A DNA stretch of 33,870 bases from positions 1 to 33,870 of the forward strand of contig RGVD01000002.1 of NCBI GenBank assembly GCA_010027395.1, read 5' to 3'. Below are positions 1 to 8,271 of the stretch, one piece after another. The DNA comes from Bacteroidota bacterium. Lineage in GTDB: Bacteria; Bacteroidota; Bacteroidia; UKL13-3. Position numbers and translations under genes: made by a program. The first letter of the stretch is position 1; each line of letters begins with the position of its first letter. Below the pieces are notes generated by a model. That model made no database searches and was not told where the DNA came from. It saw nothing but the letters and a program-made list of their open reading frames with translations.

Positions 1-634
1 CTCGGGTGATTTTGCGCGTTACAAAGGTTTCACCACGCACCGGGGATTCGTGGTTGAAAAGGATCCCATTGCAGGCGTACATGTTGTAGGCTTCGCGGTA
101 ATTGACGGTAATCCAATAGGCGTAGAGCTTGGCCACCCCGTACGGAGAGCGTGGGTAGAAGGGGGTGGTTTCGCTTTGGGGTACCGCCTGCACCAAGCCG
201 TAGAGCTCGGAGGTGGAGGCTTGGTAAATTCGGGTGCTGTCGGTCATCCCCAAGAGGCGAACCGCTTCCAGCAAACGCAGGGTCCCAATACCGTCCGCGT
301 TGGCGGTGTATTCCGGCATATCAAAGCTGACCTTCACGTGGCTCATCGCCGCCAGGTTGTAAATCTCGTCCGGTTGGATTTCCTGCACCAAACGAATCAG
401 GTTGGTGCTATCCGTCAGGTCCCCGTAATGCAAACGGAAGCCGGCCTGCCCGGAAGAATCCGGCCCATCCCCGTCGTGTCGATCCCGATAAAGGTGGTCA
501 ATGCGTTCGGTGTTAATTAACGAGGAGCGGCGCTTGATGCCGTGGACCTCGTAACCCTTGCCCAGCAGGTATTCGGCCAGGTAGGAACCATCTTGACCGG
601 TGATACCGGTAATCAGGGCTTTGCGGGGGGACAT
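1..634 (-). CDS. gmd: GDP-mannose 4,6-dehydratase, N-terminal ~211 codons; the 3' end runs off the left edge of the window
   Basis: Not in the ORF track. The reverse complement from the ATG at 632-634 reads [38 protein letters not shown]...[13 protein letters not shown]...[10 protein letters not shown]...[14 protein letters not shown]...[18 protein letters not shown], which is the canonical Gmd N-terminus and SDR motifs. It starts 2 nt after the stop of the upstream gene. Confidence 0.9.
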   Translation of the reverse strand, partial: MSPRKALITGITGQDGSYLAEYLLGKGYEVHGIKRRSSLINTERIDHLYRDRHDGDGPDSSGQAGFRLHYGDLTDSTNLIRLVQEIQPDEIYNLAAMSHVKVSFDMPEYTANADGIGTLRLLEAVRLLGMTDSTRIYQASTSELYGLVQAVPQSETTPFYPRSPYGVAKLYAYWITVNYREAYNMYACNGILFNHESPVRGETFVTRKITR

Positions 635-636
635 GT

Positions 637-2601
637 TTATGAATTTGGGGTTAAAGTGGATGAACGAGCCTGTTCCTTGTCCAGGTGATTAAAACGAGAG
701 TTGTTGGAAATGTATTCTGGGATATGTTTCTTGAGGGTGGAGACCAGGCGGTAATCGTCCCCGGAATGCAGGGCATCACGCAGCTCGCCCAGTGCATCGC
801 TGGCCTGGTCGTAGGAAGAAGACCGAACTCGGGCCACCAAAATTTTGGGGTGATGGGTGGGCAAGGTGTTCTCTTCGCCTGCCAACAATTCCTCGTAAAG
901 CTTTTCCCCGGGTCGAAGACCGGTGTACTTGATGGCAATATCCTTGCCGGGTTGCAGGCCTGATAAACGAACCATTTGATGCGCCAGATCCGCTATTTTG
1001 ACTGGATCGCCCATATCAAAGACATAAATCTCCCCCCCCTGCCCCATAGTCGCGGCCTCCAGGACCAACTGACATGCTTCGGGGATGGTCATGAAATAAC
1101 GAGTTATTTCGGGATGTGTTACGGTAATCGGTCCACCGGCCTCCAATTGCCGCTTGAAGAGGGGAATGACCGAACCGTTGGAACCCAATACATTCCCAAA
1201 GCGCGTCGTCACCACGTCCATCGTTTGTTCAAAGCCCGGAGCATCGGCCATGGCCTGGGCGATGATCTCGGCCATGCGTTTGGAGGCTCCCATCACATTG
1301 GTAGGGTTGACGGCTTTGTCCGTGCTCACCATCACAAATCGGGCCACCCCGTATTCGCGAGCCAAGTGAAGCAGAGAAGAAGTTCCCAATATATTGACAC
1401 GCACCGCCTCCATGGGGTTTTCTTCCATCAAGGGCACATGCTTGTAGGCCGCGGCATGAAAAATCATCTGCGGACGATGCTTGCGAATGATTTGCCGCAT
1501 TCGTTTGGTATCGGTGATATCGGCCACATAATAATGCAGAGATCCTTGACCGGTATTCAGGCTCCGTTTTGTCAAGTTGAGCTGCAAATCATGAAGGGGG
1601 GTCTCGGCCTGGTCCACCAAGATCAATTGAGCCGGGTCGTAGTGCATGAGTTGCTGAACCAGTTCCGACCCGATGGAACCGGCCGCGCCGGTCACCATCA
1701 CCACCTTTTCGCGAACCAAGCGACTGACCTCGGGATTGCTCAGGTTGATCGGATCCCGTTGTAGAAGTTCCTCAATAGCTACCGGGGCGATTTGACGGAG
1801 GGACAATTCCCCGTTGATCCAATGTTCCAAAGGGGGAACTACTTTGACCTGAATATTCCGACTCAGGCACAGATCCACGATGGCCTTCTTGCGCCGCGGT
1901 TCGATGTTCTGAATGCTAACAATGAGTTCATCAATGCGACGGTTTTCTAGAAAGTCCGAACTCAAAGCGGCCGAAGAGAAAACAGGGACGCCCTCAATGC
2001 TTTTGTTCTGCATGCGGTCGTCGTCGTCCAAAAAAGCCACCACCATGTTGAGCGACCGGGTTTCGCGTAACAAGACCCCCAAGGTCATTCGCCCCGAAGA
2101 ACCGGCCCCGTAAATCAGGTAACGCTTGCGGGGACGCTCTTTGTTGTTGAATTGGTTAAAGAGCCCTTTGAACATAAAACGACTCCAAATCATCACAAAG
2201 GTGAGAAGCAAGTAATGGGTCAAAATCAGCGAAAGGGTCAGGTTGAAAGGAGAAACCTTGGCGCTGCTACTCAAAGTGGTGAGGGTATGCAAGGCCAGGA
2301 GGACTGTGGCAGCCCCCGAATTGGCCCAAAGAATCCGGGTCGCATCGGCCACCGAGGTATGCCGAATGATTCCCACAAAGGAACGGAACATCAAAAAAGA
2401 CATCGCGTAAAGCAACAAAACCACCGCCGACTTCTCCATCACCCTGAACCAACCCAAGGTATTGAAATCCTGGAAATCCGAAACCAACAAAAGACTCAAC
2501 CAAAAAGTAAATGCCACCAAGAGGATATCGATGGCAAAAATCGTCCAACGTGAAATCACGTTTTGGGAGTACCAGTTTAAAATATTTCGTAAACTTTTCA
2601 T
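637..2601 (-). CDS. Membrane-anchored nucleotide-sugar 4,6-dehydratase of the CapD/WbpM/PglF family (UDP-GlcNAc 4,6-dehydratase type)
   Basis: 654 aa. It has N-terminal TM helices, a first Rossmann motif (YGAGSSG) and a second extended-SDR domain ([12 protein letters not shown], ...YKHVP..., MGASKRMAE). The ATG overlaps the upstream TGA as ATGA. Confidence 0.9.
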   Translation of the reverse strand: MKSLRNILNWYSQNVISRWTIFAIDILLVAFTFWLSLLLVSDFQDFNTLGWFRVMEKSAVVLLLYAMSFLMFRSFVGIIRHTSVADATRILWANSGAATVLLALHTLTTLSSSAKVSPFNLTLSLILTHYLLLTFVMIWSRFMFKGLFNQFNNKERPRKRYLIYGAGSSGRMTLGVLLRETRSLNMVVAFLDDDDRMQNKSIEGVPVFSSAALSSDFLENRRIDELIVSIQNIEPRRKKAIVDLCLSRNIQVKVVPPLEHWINGELSLRQIAPVAIEELLQRDPINLSNPEVSRLVREKVVMVTGAAGSIGSELVQQLMHYDPAQLILVDQAETPLHDLQLNLTKRSLNTGQGSLHYYVADITDTKRMRQIIRKHRPQMIFHAAAYKHVPLMEENPMEAVRVNILGTSSLLHLAREYGVARFVMVSTDKAVNPTNVMGASKRMAEIIAQAMADAPGFEQTMDVVTTRFGNVLGSNGSVIPLFKRQLEAGGPITVTHPEITRYFMTIPEACQLVLEAATMGQGGEIYVFDMGDPVKIADLAHQMVRLSGLQPGKDIAIKYTGLRPGEKLYEELLAGEENTLPTHHPKILVARVRSSSYDQASDALGELRDALHSGDDYRLVSTLKKHIPEYISNNSRFNHLDKEQARSSTLTPNS

Positions 2602-3095
2602 GGCATAGAAGGCTTCAAATTCGGGTAACGCGAAAAATAATCGATCAAAAAGGGCAAAACCGGAAGAATTTCCAGGAATTGACGAATATTTCCAACATTA
2701 AGTAATAAAAAATAAAAAGATTGATTCTTTAGACGAAAAACAAAGTAATGCATAAACATGTCCAATGAAATAAAAAATAGTAATAGGCCTATCAACAGGC
2801 CTATACCCCCTCTTTTAATCTTTAAAAACATGGCTAAGACGATGTTTACCAGTACGACCGATCCATTATAAATCAATGAGTCTGTATGAATGACTCTTTG
2901 AATATCAAAAGGTAGCGCAATACGATAGATTTCTTTTGCAACGAAACCCCTGGAATCCAATACCTTGAGGCTAAGACTTGCAAACTCCCAATCTAGGTTA
3001 TACTGTCCATGAAGCCGAACCAACAGCATCAAGAAACCAAACGCGAGTCCAAAAGCCGCTAAGCGACTTGTTTTTTCTGTAACGTAATGACCCAT
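2598..3095 (-). CDS. Small polytopic membrane protein, probably the exosortase F system-associated partner protein
   Basis: 165 aa and hydrophobic, lying immediately downstream of the XrtF-like gene and overlapping it by 37 nt. The assignment rests on my recollection that XrtF genes are paired with such a partner. The start is uncertain. Confidence 0.5.
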   Translation of the reverse strand: MGHYVTEKTSRLAAFGLAFGFLMLLVRLHGQYNLDWEFASLSLKVLDSRGFVAKEIYRIALPFDIQRVIHTDSLIYNGSVVLVNIVLAMFLKIKRGGIGLLIGLLLFFISLDMFMHYFVFRLKNQSFYFLLLNVGNIRQFLEILPVLPFLIDYFSRYPNLKPSMP

Positions 3096-3598
3096 ACCAA
3101 CAACATCCAGGAATAAACAACCAAAGCAAAGGTGTATTTATGATGAAAATCTAATTCAGATGGACGATACAAGACCACCCAAGCCAATCCAGCAACACGA
3201 ATAATATTTAATAGATAGATTCCAACGATACCAAATAGAATCCATTTGATGGAGCGAAAAAATTTGCCTAAGGCAATATAAAATGCAATAAACAAAATAT
3301 ACAGCTCTAAACCATTGCAGGGATCTCCTACCCAGACCAAAGGCTTTTCTAGATGATACAAATAATATCCATTTCTAATATTTTCTAAGTGAATTTTTGG
3401 ATCAAAAATTTGACATATTTTGCTTGCACTCATGGCGACCCAACGGGTCAAAGGGTCGTTAATGCCCCATTGGATAAGAAACCCGTGGTACAAAATATTC
3501 CATAAAAAATAGAGACCCAATGCCTTGCCCAGAAAAAGAAGGACCGATTGGTTTTGGTTGTAAAATTCAATGAGTAATAACCTAGTGCGATTAATCAT
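3059..3598 (-). CDS. xrtF: Exosortase family protein, short XrtF type
   Basis: 179 aa polytopic membrane protein. It shows the exosortase Cys/Arg/His pattern in order (VGDPCNGLE, LNIIRVAGL, DFHHKYTF). Size and context fit the Bacteroidota XrtF subfamily. Confidence 0.75.
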   Translation of the reverse strand: MINRTRLLLIEFYNQNQSVLLFLGKALGLYFLWNILYHGFLIQWGINDPLTRWVAMSASKICQIFDPKIHLENIRNGYYLYHLEKPLVWVGDPCNGLELYILFIAFYIALGKFFRSIKWILFGIVGIYLLNIIRVAGLAWVVLYRPSELDFHHKYTFALVVYSWMLLVWVITLQKKQVA

Positions 3599-4733
3599 GG
3601 TTTGAGTAGGCTGTTTTGATTTGTTTTACCACTCTTTGCAAATCTGTCTCACTGAGATTAGAACCCGACGGCAAACAAAGGCCATTCATAAACAATCGCT
3701 CGCTCGTGCCGTTGCCATAATAAGGGGCATCGGCGAAGATAGGCTGCATATGCATGGGCTTCCAGAGCGGGCGGGATTCTATGTTTTGGGCATCGAGCGC
3801 CAGGCGCACGGTTTCGCGGGTAACACCCCCGCTCCTCTCGGGGTCGATGAGCACACAGGTAAGCCAGCGGTTCGAAAAACAACCATCGGGCTCTGGCAGG
3901 AACGAAAAGCCGGGGAGGTCCGACAAGCTCTGCTCATAGAAAGCGTGGTTGCCGCGGCGTGCCTCCACTCGGTCGTTGAGCACTGTCATCTGCCCGCGAC
4001 CTATCGCCGCGCAGACGTTGCTCATGCGGTAGTTATATCCAATCTGAGAATGCTGATAGTGGGGCGCCGCATCGCGGGCTTGGGTGGACAAAAACCGCGC
4101 ATGTTGTACCCAATCAGTTCGGTTCGACAACAAGGCGCCACCCCCAGAGGTGGTGATGATTTTGTTGCCGTTAAAGCTCAAAATGCTGATGTCACCGAAG
4201 CTACCGCAAGGCTTGCCATCCAAGGTCGACCCGAGGGCCTCAGCAGCGTCTTCCACGATGTAGAGATCGTGCCGGCGGGCCACTTCCGTAATCGCAGTCA
4301 TGCGGGCTGGCATGCCGTAAAGATGCACTGGAATAACCACCTTTGCCCGCTTGCCCTGTGATTTCAAATCAAGGATGGCTCGTTCAAGGGCAGCGGGGCA
4401 CATATTCCAACTGTCGGGTTCGGAGTCAACGAAAACCGGTGTTGCACCCATGTATGCTATCGGATTCGCTGATCCCGAAAAGGTAAAACTTTGACAGAGC
4501 ACATAATCGCCCCGTTGTACGCCAAGGATGATAAGAGCAAGGTGAATAGCCGCTGTTCCAGAACTCAAAGCCGCGGCATGCGCCACCCCCGTGTACTCTT
4601 GTAGATCACGTTCGAATCCATCGACATGCGGCCCTAGGGGGGCAATCCAATTCGTGTCGAAGGCCTCGCGAACACGTTCAAATTCCTCGCTGCCCATATG
4701 GGGTGACGACAACCAAATTTTCTTCAGATCCAC
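3591..4733 (-). CDS. PLP-dependent DegT/DnrJ/EryC1-family sugar aminotransferase (PglE/EpsN/WcfR-like, 4-keto-6-deoxy-HexNAc 4-aminotransferase)
   Basis: 380 aa. It contains the KIWLSSPHMG...AFDTNW N-terminus and the SFNGNKIITTSGGGAL PLP-lysine motif. The start is GTG at 4731-4733; the next in-frame ATG would remove the conserved N-terminus. Confidence 0.9.
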   Translation of the reverse strand: MDLKKIWLSSPHMGSEEFERVREAFDTNWIAPLGPHVDGFERDLQEYTGVAHAAALSSGTAAIHLALIILGVQRGDYVLCQSFTFSGSANPIAYMGATPVFVDSEPDSWNMCPAALERAILDLKSQGKRAKVVIPVHLYGMPARMTAITEVARRHDLYIVEDAAEALGSTLDGKPCGSFGDISILSFNGNKIITTSGGGALLSNRTDWVQHARFLSTQARDAAPHYQHSQIGYNYRMSNVCAAIGRGQMTVLNDRVEARRGNHAFYEQSLSDLPGFSFLPEPDGCFSNRWLTCVLIDPERSGGVTRETVRLALDAQNIESRPLWKPMHMQPIFADAPYYGNGTSERLFMNGLCLPSGSNLSETDLQRVVKQIKTAYSNHD

Positions 4734-4761
4734 TGCTTTAGGTTTGAAATGGCGATAAAAA

Positions 4762-5631
4762 CTAACATTGAGGGCCCAAAAAATGGGCCAGATGTTCCTT
4801 CAAGAACTCATCGAGCCAGTCAATGTGCTTCCAGGAGGGAAGCGCATCCGACCAGCGAAACGGACGAAGCGGGTTGTGCTTGACTTTAAAATCGCAGGGT
4901 GCCGCCATTGGATTCGCACCAAAAGCGGTGAAAAAGGCCATTGCGCGGCGCATGTGCGAGGCGGAGGTAACGAGCACCACTCGCGCTCCTTGGCCATGGG
5001 CATCCAAAAATGCACGTGCCTCTTCGCAGGTTGTTCTGGGCAGCTCCTGAACCAGAATTGGTCGATCTGTGTAGCCAAGGCTACGGGCTGCGCGGCGGGT
5101 TAGTTCAGCTTGGCTGTGTGGACTATATTCAAAGTTTGCGGAAGTCACCAAAACCACCTCGGGCATCAGACGCGCCACGCGTATGCCTTCTGCCAAGCGC
5201 ACCATTTGGGTGGATGACAACAACTGCCCCGGAGGCAAGGTCGGATCGTAGTCGGCTCCCGCTCCCAGCACCAACACAAACAGGCTGTCGGAAGCGGCTT
5301 GTGAAAAAGAATCGCACGCTGCGGCCGCCTCGCCCGAAGACACAACCGAGAAAGGCGGGTAGGTCGACTCCAATTGCCCCATCAGGAAACGAGGCATCAG
5401 CGGAAGGGTGTAAATCAGCCACAGCACCAGACCGATGGCCAAACACCTCAAAGCCATTCGCTTTCGGTTGACCACAAAAAGCATCAAGCCAACCACCCAC
5501 ACGATCATCAAATGAGATGAAGGCTTGAGTAGGTCGAATAGGTAACGGAGGAAGTCAGAAATGGGAGCCTGTTGGGTTAGTACAAAAAAGACTGAGCGGA
5601 TTAGTTCTATTTCATAATAAATGTTTTTCAT
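4762..5631 (-). CDS. DUF218 (YdcF/ElyC/SanA-like) domain membrane protein
   Basis: 289 aa. It has N-terminal TM helices followed by LVLGAG...VLVTSASHMRRA, which is typical of DUF218. Confidence 0.7.
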   Translation of the reverse strand: MKNIYYEIELIRSVFFVLTQQAPISDFLRYLFDLLKPSSHLMIVWVVGLMLFVVNRKRMALRCLAIGLVLWLIYTLPLMPRFLMGQLESTYPPFSVVSSGEAAAACDSFSQAASDSLFVLVLGAGADYDPTLPPGQLLSSTQMVRLAEGIRVARLMPEVVLVTSANFEYSPHSQAELTRRAARSLGYTDRPILVQELPRTTCEEARAFLDAHGQGARVVLVTSASHMRRAMAFFTAFGANPMAAPCDFKVKHNPLRPFRWSDALPSWKHIDWLDEFLKEHLAHFLGPQC

Positions 5632-6670
5632 TCATAATGATCGGACGCTCATCGACATCGCGCAAAAATATAGTGCCTGGCTCGAATGCGTACATCTTGA
5701 AATCCATTGAAAACGAAGGATCACCCATCAACAACCTAAGACTGTCTTCAGCAAAATTAGCACCTGCCGCAGCAAAGCATTGGGTAAATGCAACGTGGCG
5801 GACATTGATTTCCGTAACAAAAGGCCTACCGGCCGAGTCCTCTTTCAAGTCAACAGTAAAAAACCCGTGCTGCGGAGCCTTTGCGTACTCAAAAACTAAA
5901 TCCATGGTTTTTTTGGCCACATCTATTAATTCAGGTTCGTTGAACAGCCTTCCAAATGAGGTGTTACCCGTAATTCCAGAAGGCGCAACTTTGGCCATGA
6001 TATAATTTACCCTTTCACCACATGCAGCGCGCAAAAGCTTTCCCTCCCAATATAGCAGCTTGCAAGCCAAATTGCGTCCAGGAAGGAACATACTGGCCAA
6101 AAAATATTGAACTCCAGGATTAATCTCTATCCAATTTTGAAGTGACTCCAAACCATCAATGCGCAGCGAACCCAAACCGCTCGTTCCTGAAGAACTCCTT
6201 ACCCAAAAATCACTCCCCAATTCATCGAAAATTAACTGGAGTTTATCTGAATCGCGATGAAAGGAAACAGATGGAGGAACCAACCCAGATTCCATTAGTA
6301 CCTCTGTCATGGCTGCCTTATCGACCAATATCCCATTGATAGAGGGGTCGGGGAGGAATGCCTTACAAGGCAATTCCCCTTTTTGGGCTCTTTTGCTCCA
6401 TTCCACAACCTCAAGTTCAGGTAATACTACTGCTGCTTGAATTTTATGCTTCTCCACAATCTCTTCAATTACCTTCCAATATGTAGCGTCATCGGCACGC
6501 GGAATTACATAGGAATGGGAAAATAATGCACTCTGATACAAACCAATTGCCAAACGATTCGTATCGGTTGCAATCAATTGTGCATTTCTGTATTGGGTGC
6601 CAATAAACTTCAAAGAGTGCGCAAAACTCCTAGGCGTTGGGCCACCTACGCCGGTAATTAAAATATTCAT
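5612..6670 (-). CDS. ATP-grasp domain carboxylate-amine ligase (carbamoyl-phosphate-synthase-like fold), substrate unknown
   Basis: It has the MNILITGVGGP pre-ATP-grasp N-terminus, then FWVRSSSGTSGLG and TEINVR motifs. I chose the ATG at 6668-6670 over the track start at 6712, which would overlap the upstream gene by 38 nt. Confidence 0.7.
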   Translation of the reverse strand: MNILITGVGGPTPRSFAHSLKFIGTQYRNAQLIATDTNRLAIGLYQSALFSHSYVIPRADDATYWKVIEEIVEKHKIQAAVVLPELEVVEWSKRAQKGELPCKAFLPDPSINGILVDKAAMTEVLMESGLVPPSVSFHRDSDKLQLIFDELGSDFWVRSSSGTSGLGSLRIDGLESLQNWIEINPGVQYFLASMFLPGRNLACKLLYWEGKLLRAACGERVNYIMAKVAPSGITGNTSFGRLFNEPELIDVAKKTMDLVFEYAKAPQHGFFTVDLKEDSAGRPFVTEINVRHVAFTQCFAAAGANFAEDSLRLLMGDPSFSMDFKMYAFEPGTIFLRDVDERPIIMNEKHLL

Positions 6671-6674
6671 CAAT

Positions 6675-7280
6675 TTAATTTTTTCCGTTAAATGGTTGCA
6701 TCGGCCGATCATCAGATTGATTGATGCCGTCGCGCCTCAATATCTTTAAAATAGTCAAGTAGAAAATCTTAATATCTAACGACAAGTTCATTCGATCTAC
6801 ATATTCAACATCTAATTCAAATTTCCGTGTCCATGAAATTGAGTTACGTCCATTCACTTGAGCCCATCCCGTAATTCCTGGCCGGACTTCATGTCTTCTG
6901 TTCTGCTCACTGGTGTATAAAGGTATATATTTAAATAGAAGAGGCCGCGGACCAATAAGGCTCATATCACCTTTAAGAACATTGTACAGTTGAGGGAGTT
7001 CATCCAGTGATAATTTGCGAACCCACATACCTAAACTTGTAATTCGCATATTATCGGGGAGTAAATTGCCATGGGCATCCAGGTCGTCTGTCATCGTTTT
7101 AAACTTTATTATCTTAAAAGGCATTTTATTCCGCCCCGGACGTTCTTGAAAAAAAAACGCTTTACCCCTATTTTGAAAAGAAAGGGCAATAATGCATACA
7201 AAAAGCAAGGGAAATGTTAGCGATAGAACGGTAAGGCTCAGAAGAATATCTAAAATACGCTTGCCGAAGTTTCTATACAC
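6675..7280 (-). CDS. Small monotopic phosphoglycosyl transferase (PglC/WcfS-like initiating undecaprenyl-phosphate sugar-1-phosphate transferase)
   Basis: 201 aa. It has a single N-terminal hydrophobic helix, the SLDELPQL Asp-Glu dyad, SLIGPRP and GITGWAQV motifs of the bacterial sugar transferase family. The start is GTG. Confidence 0.9.
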   Translation of the reverse strand: MYRNFGKRILDILLSLTVLSLTFPLLFVCIIALSFQNRGKAFFFQERPGRNKMPFKIIKFKTMTDDLDAHGNLLPDNMRITSLGMWVRKLSLDELPQLYNVLKGDMSLIGPRPLLFKYIPLYTSEQNRRHEVRPGITGWAQVNGRNSISWTRKFELDVEYVDRMNLSLDIKIFYLTILKILRRDGINQSDDRPMQPFNGKN

Positions 7281-8271
7281 TTGTCTTAAGCATTGATTTC
7301 AAACCTTCATTAACCGGCAATTGCCACACCAACTTACACCAATCGTGGTTGCCTTCAATTAAACCAGGACCATTAGCCGTTACTACAATATCCCAACCAA
7401 TAGATCGATTTTGCTTATATTTCAAAGCAGCGTCTGTTGCCAACTGTACACACTCCTTCCAAAAAGGGACTTGAAAACCAACGATTGAAACCCCAGTTAA
7501 TGGGTGAATAGAAACCGCTTCCTTTGTTATATCGCTATAAACACCTGGTCCAGTAATAACGCCAGTTGATTCATCTATAGGGGCGGCCAGATTGCCGGCA
7601 GCTAAATTATCGACCGAACTATTAATTGATATTCTTTGCCTACAGCCCAAAATTTCAACCTCATTGCAATTATTCAATTGAGTGAAAATTCGCACTGTAT
7701 TTACAGCGCTTGGCGACAGTGCATTCAACGACGGATGTTGACTTATAAATGTCTCAACCATATCAAATCCCTCTTTATTCATGTAGGAAACAAAAGAGTT
7801 TCTCCCTAGTTCGGCGGAACTAATGATTCGAACGGATGTTCCACACTTGCCATTTGAAACTTTAAAAACTAACTTTTGAGATTCGAGAATTTTATTAACC
7901 AGCACCGGGTCTTGAAGCAGCTCATTCAAGGAAAAAACATGATGCACAAAAAACTCTCGATAAAATTTGTAAAATTCCCTCTTATCGTCTAAAATTTGGC
8001 GCTTAGACGGTGGATTCATGACCTTTTGATACTCGTACATATGACCGGTTCCCGCCCAATTCAACTTTTGCGCATGGCTCATTTCGAAGAAACGAAATTG
8101 ATAATATTCTAGAATTGAGATATTGTACTTGACTGAATGATAGAAAATTAAGATCCACTGCCTTATAGAGCTATAACCTCGTTGAGATTTTAGATAAATT
8201 TGAAAAATACGGAGCCGATCCCAGTCGAGATGACGCACGTAATACCCAAAATATAAAAGCCTATTGATCAT
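7273..8271 (-). CDS. Sugar-transfer-associated ATP-grasp protein (ATPgrasp_ST-like amidoligase)
   Basis: 332 aa. Motifs are VFKVSNGKCGTSV, VDNLAAGNLAAPIDESTGVI, HPLTG and GWDIVVTANGPGLIEGN, which are characteristic of the ATP-grasp clade found beside sugar transferases. Confidence 0.7.
   Translation of the reverse strand: MINRLLYFGYYVRHLDWDRLRIFQIYLKSQRGYSSIRQWILIFYHSVKYNISILEYYQFRFFEMSHAQKLNWAGTGHMYEYQKVMNPPSKRQILDDKREFYKFYREFFVHHVFSLNELLQDPVLVNKILESQKLVFKVSNGKCGTSVRIISSAELGRNSFVSYMNKEGFDMVETFISQHPSLNALSPSAVNTVRIFTQLNNCNEVEILGCRQRISINSSVDNLAAGNLAAPIDESTGVITGPGVYSDITKEAVSIHPLTGVSIVGFQVPFWKECVQLATDAALKYKQNRSIGWDIVVTANGPGLIEGNHDWCKLVWQLPVNEGLKSMLKTSV

Noticed and set aside
50-520. 156-aa plus-strand ORF at the left edge. 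The same applies to the other long plus-strand ORFs, e.g. 976-1764, 2152-2553, 3621-4361, 5010-5471, 32234-32602 and 32762-33172.
   Set aside because: Each lies antisense to a minus-strand gene with clear family motifs (gmd, capD-like, aminotransferase, DUF218, dehydrogenase). Their translations are low-complexity, Arg/Gly/His-rich and lack recognisable motifs. GC-rich coding DNA typically leaves the opposite strand open, so these are shadow ORFs.
6671-6712. N-terminal extensions in the ORF track: 6671-6712, 32053-32142, 33389-33463, 24492-24530, 26916-26927, 27836-27841, 29377-29385 and 19215-19223.
   Set aside because: Each extension overlaps the 3' end of the upstream gene or uses GTG/TTG when an ATG follows closely. 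In every case the internal ATG gives the canonical family N-terminus (e.g. MNILITG, MKVLWITN, MKKLKVMTVVGTRPE). Start choices remain predictions.
7149-7157. A/T homopolymer tracts as possible slipped-strand phase-variation switches. Tracts of 9 nt occur at 7149-7157 in the PglC-like gene, 12385-12393 in a GT gene and 12998-13006 in an ATP-grasp gene. Many 8-nt tracts occur elsewhere, e.g. at 24473-24480 and 27183-27190.
   Set aside because: In DNA of roughly 30% GC that encodes Lys/Phe-rich proteins, 8-9 nt A/T runs are expected by composition. They are scattered rather than concentrated at 5' ends. Without population or read-level length variation there is no support for a switch.
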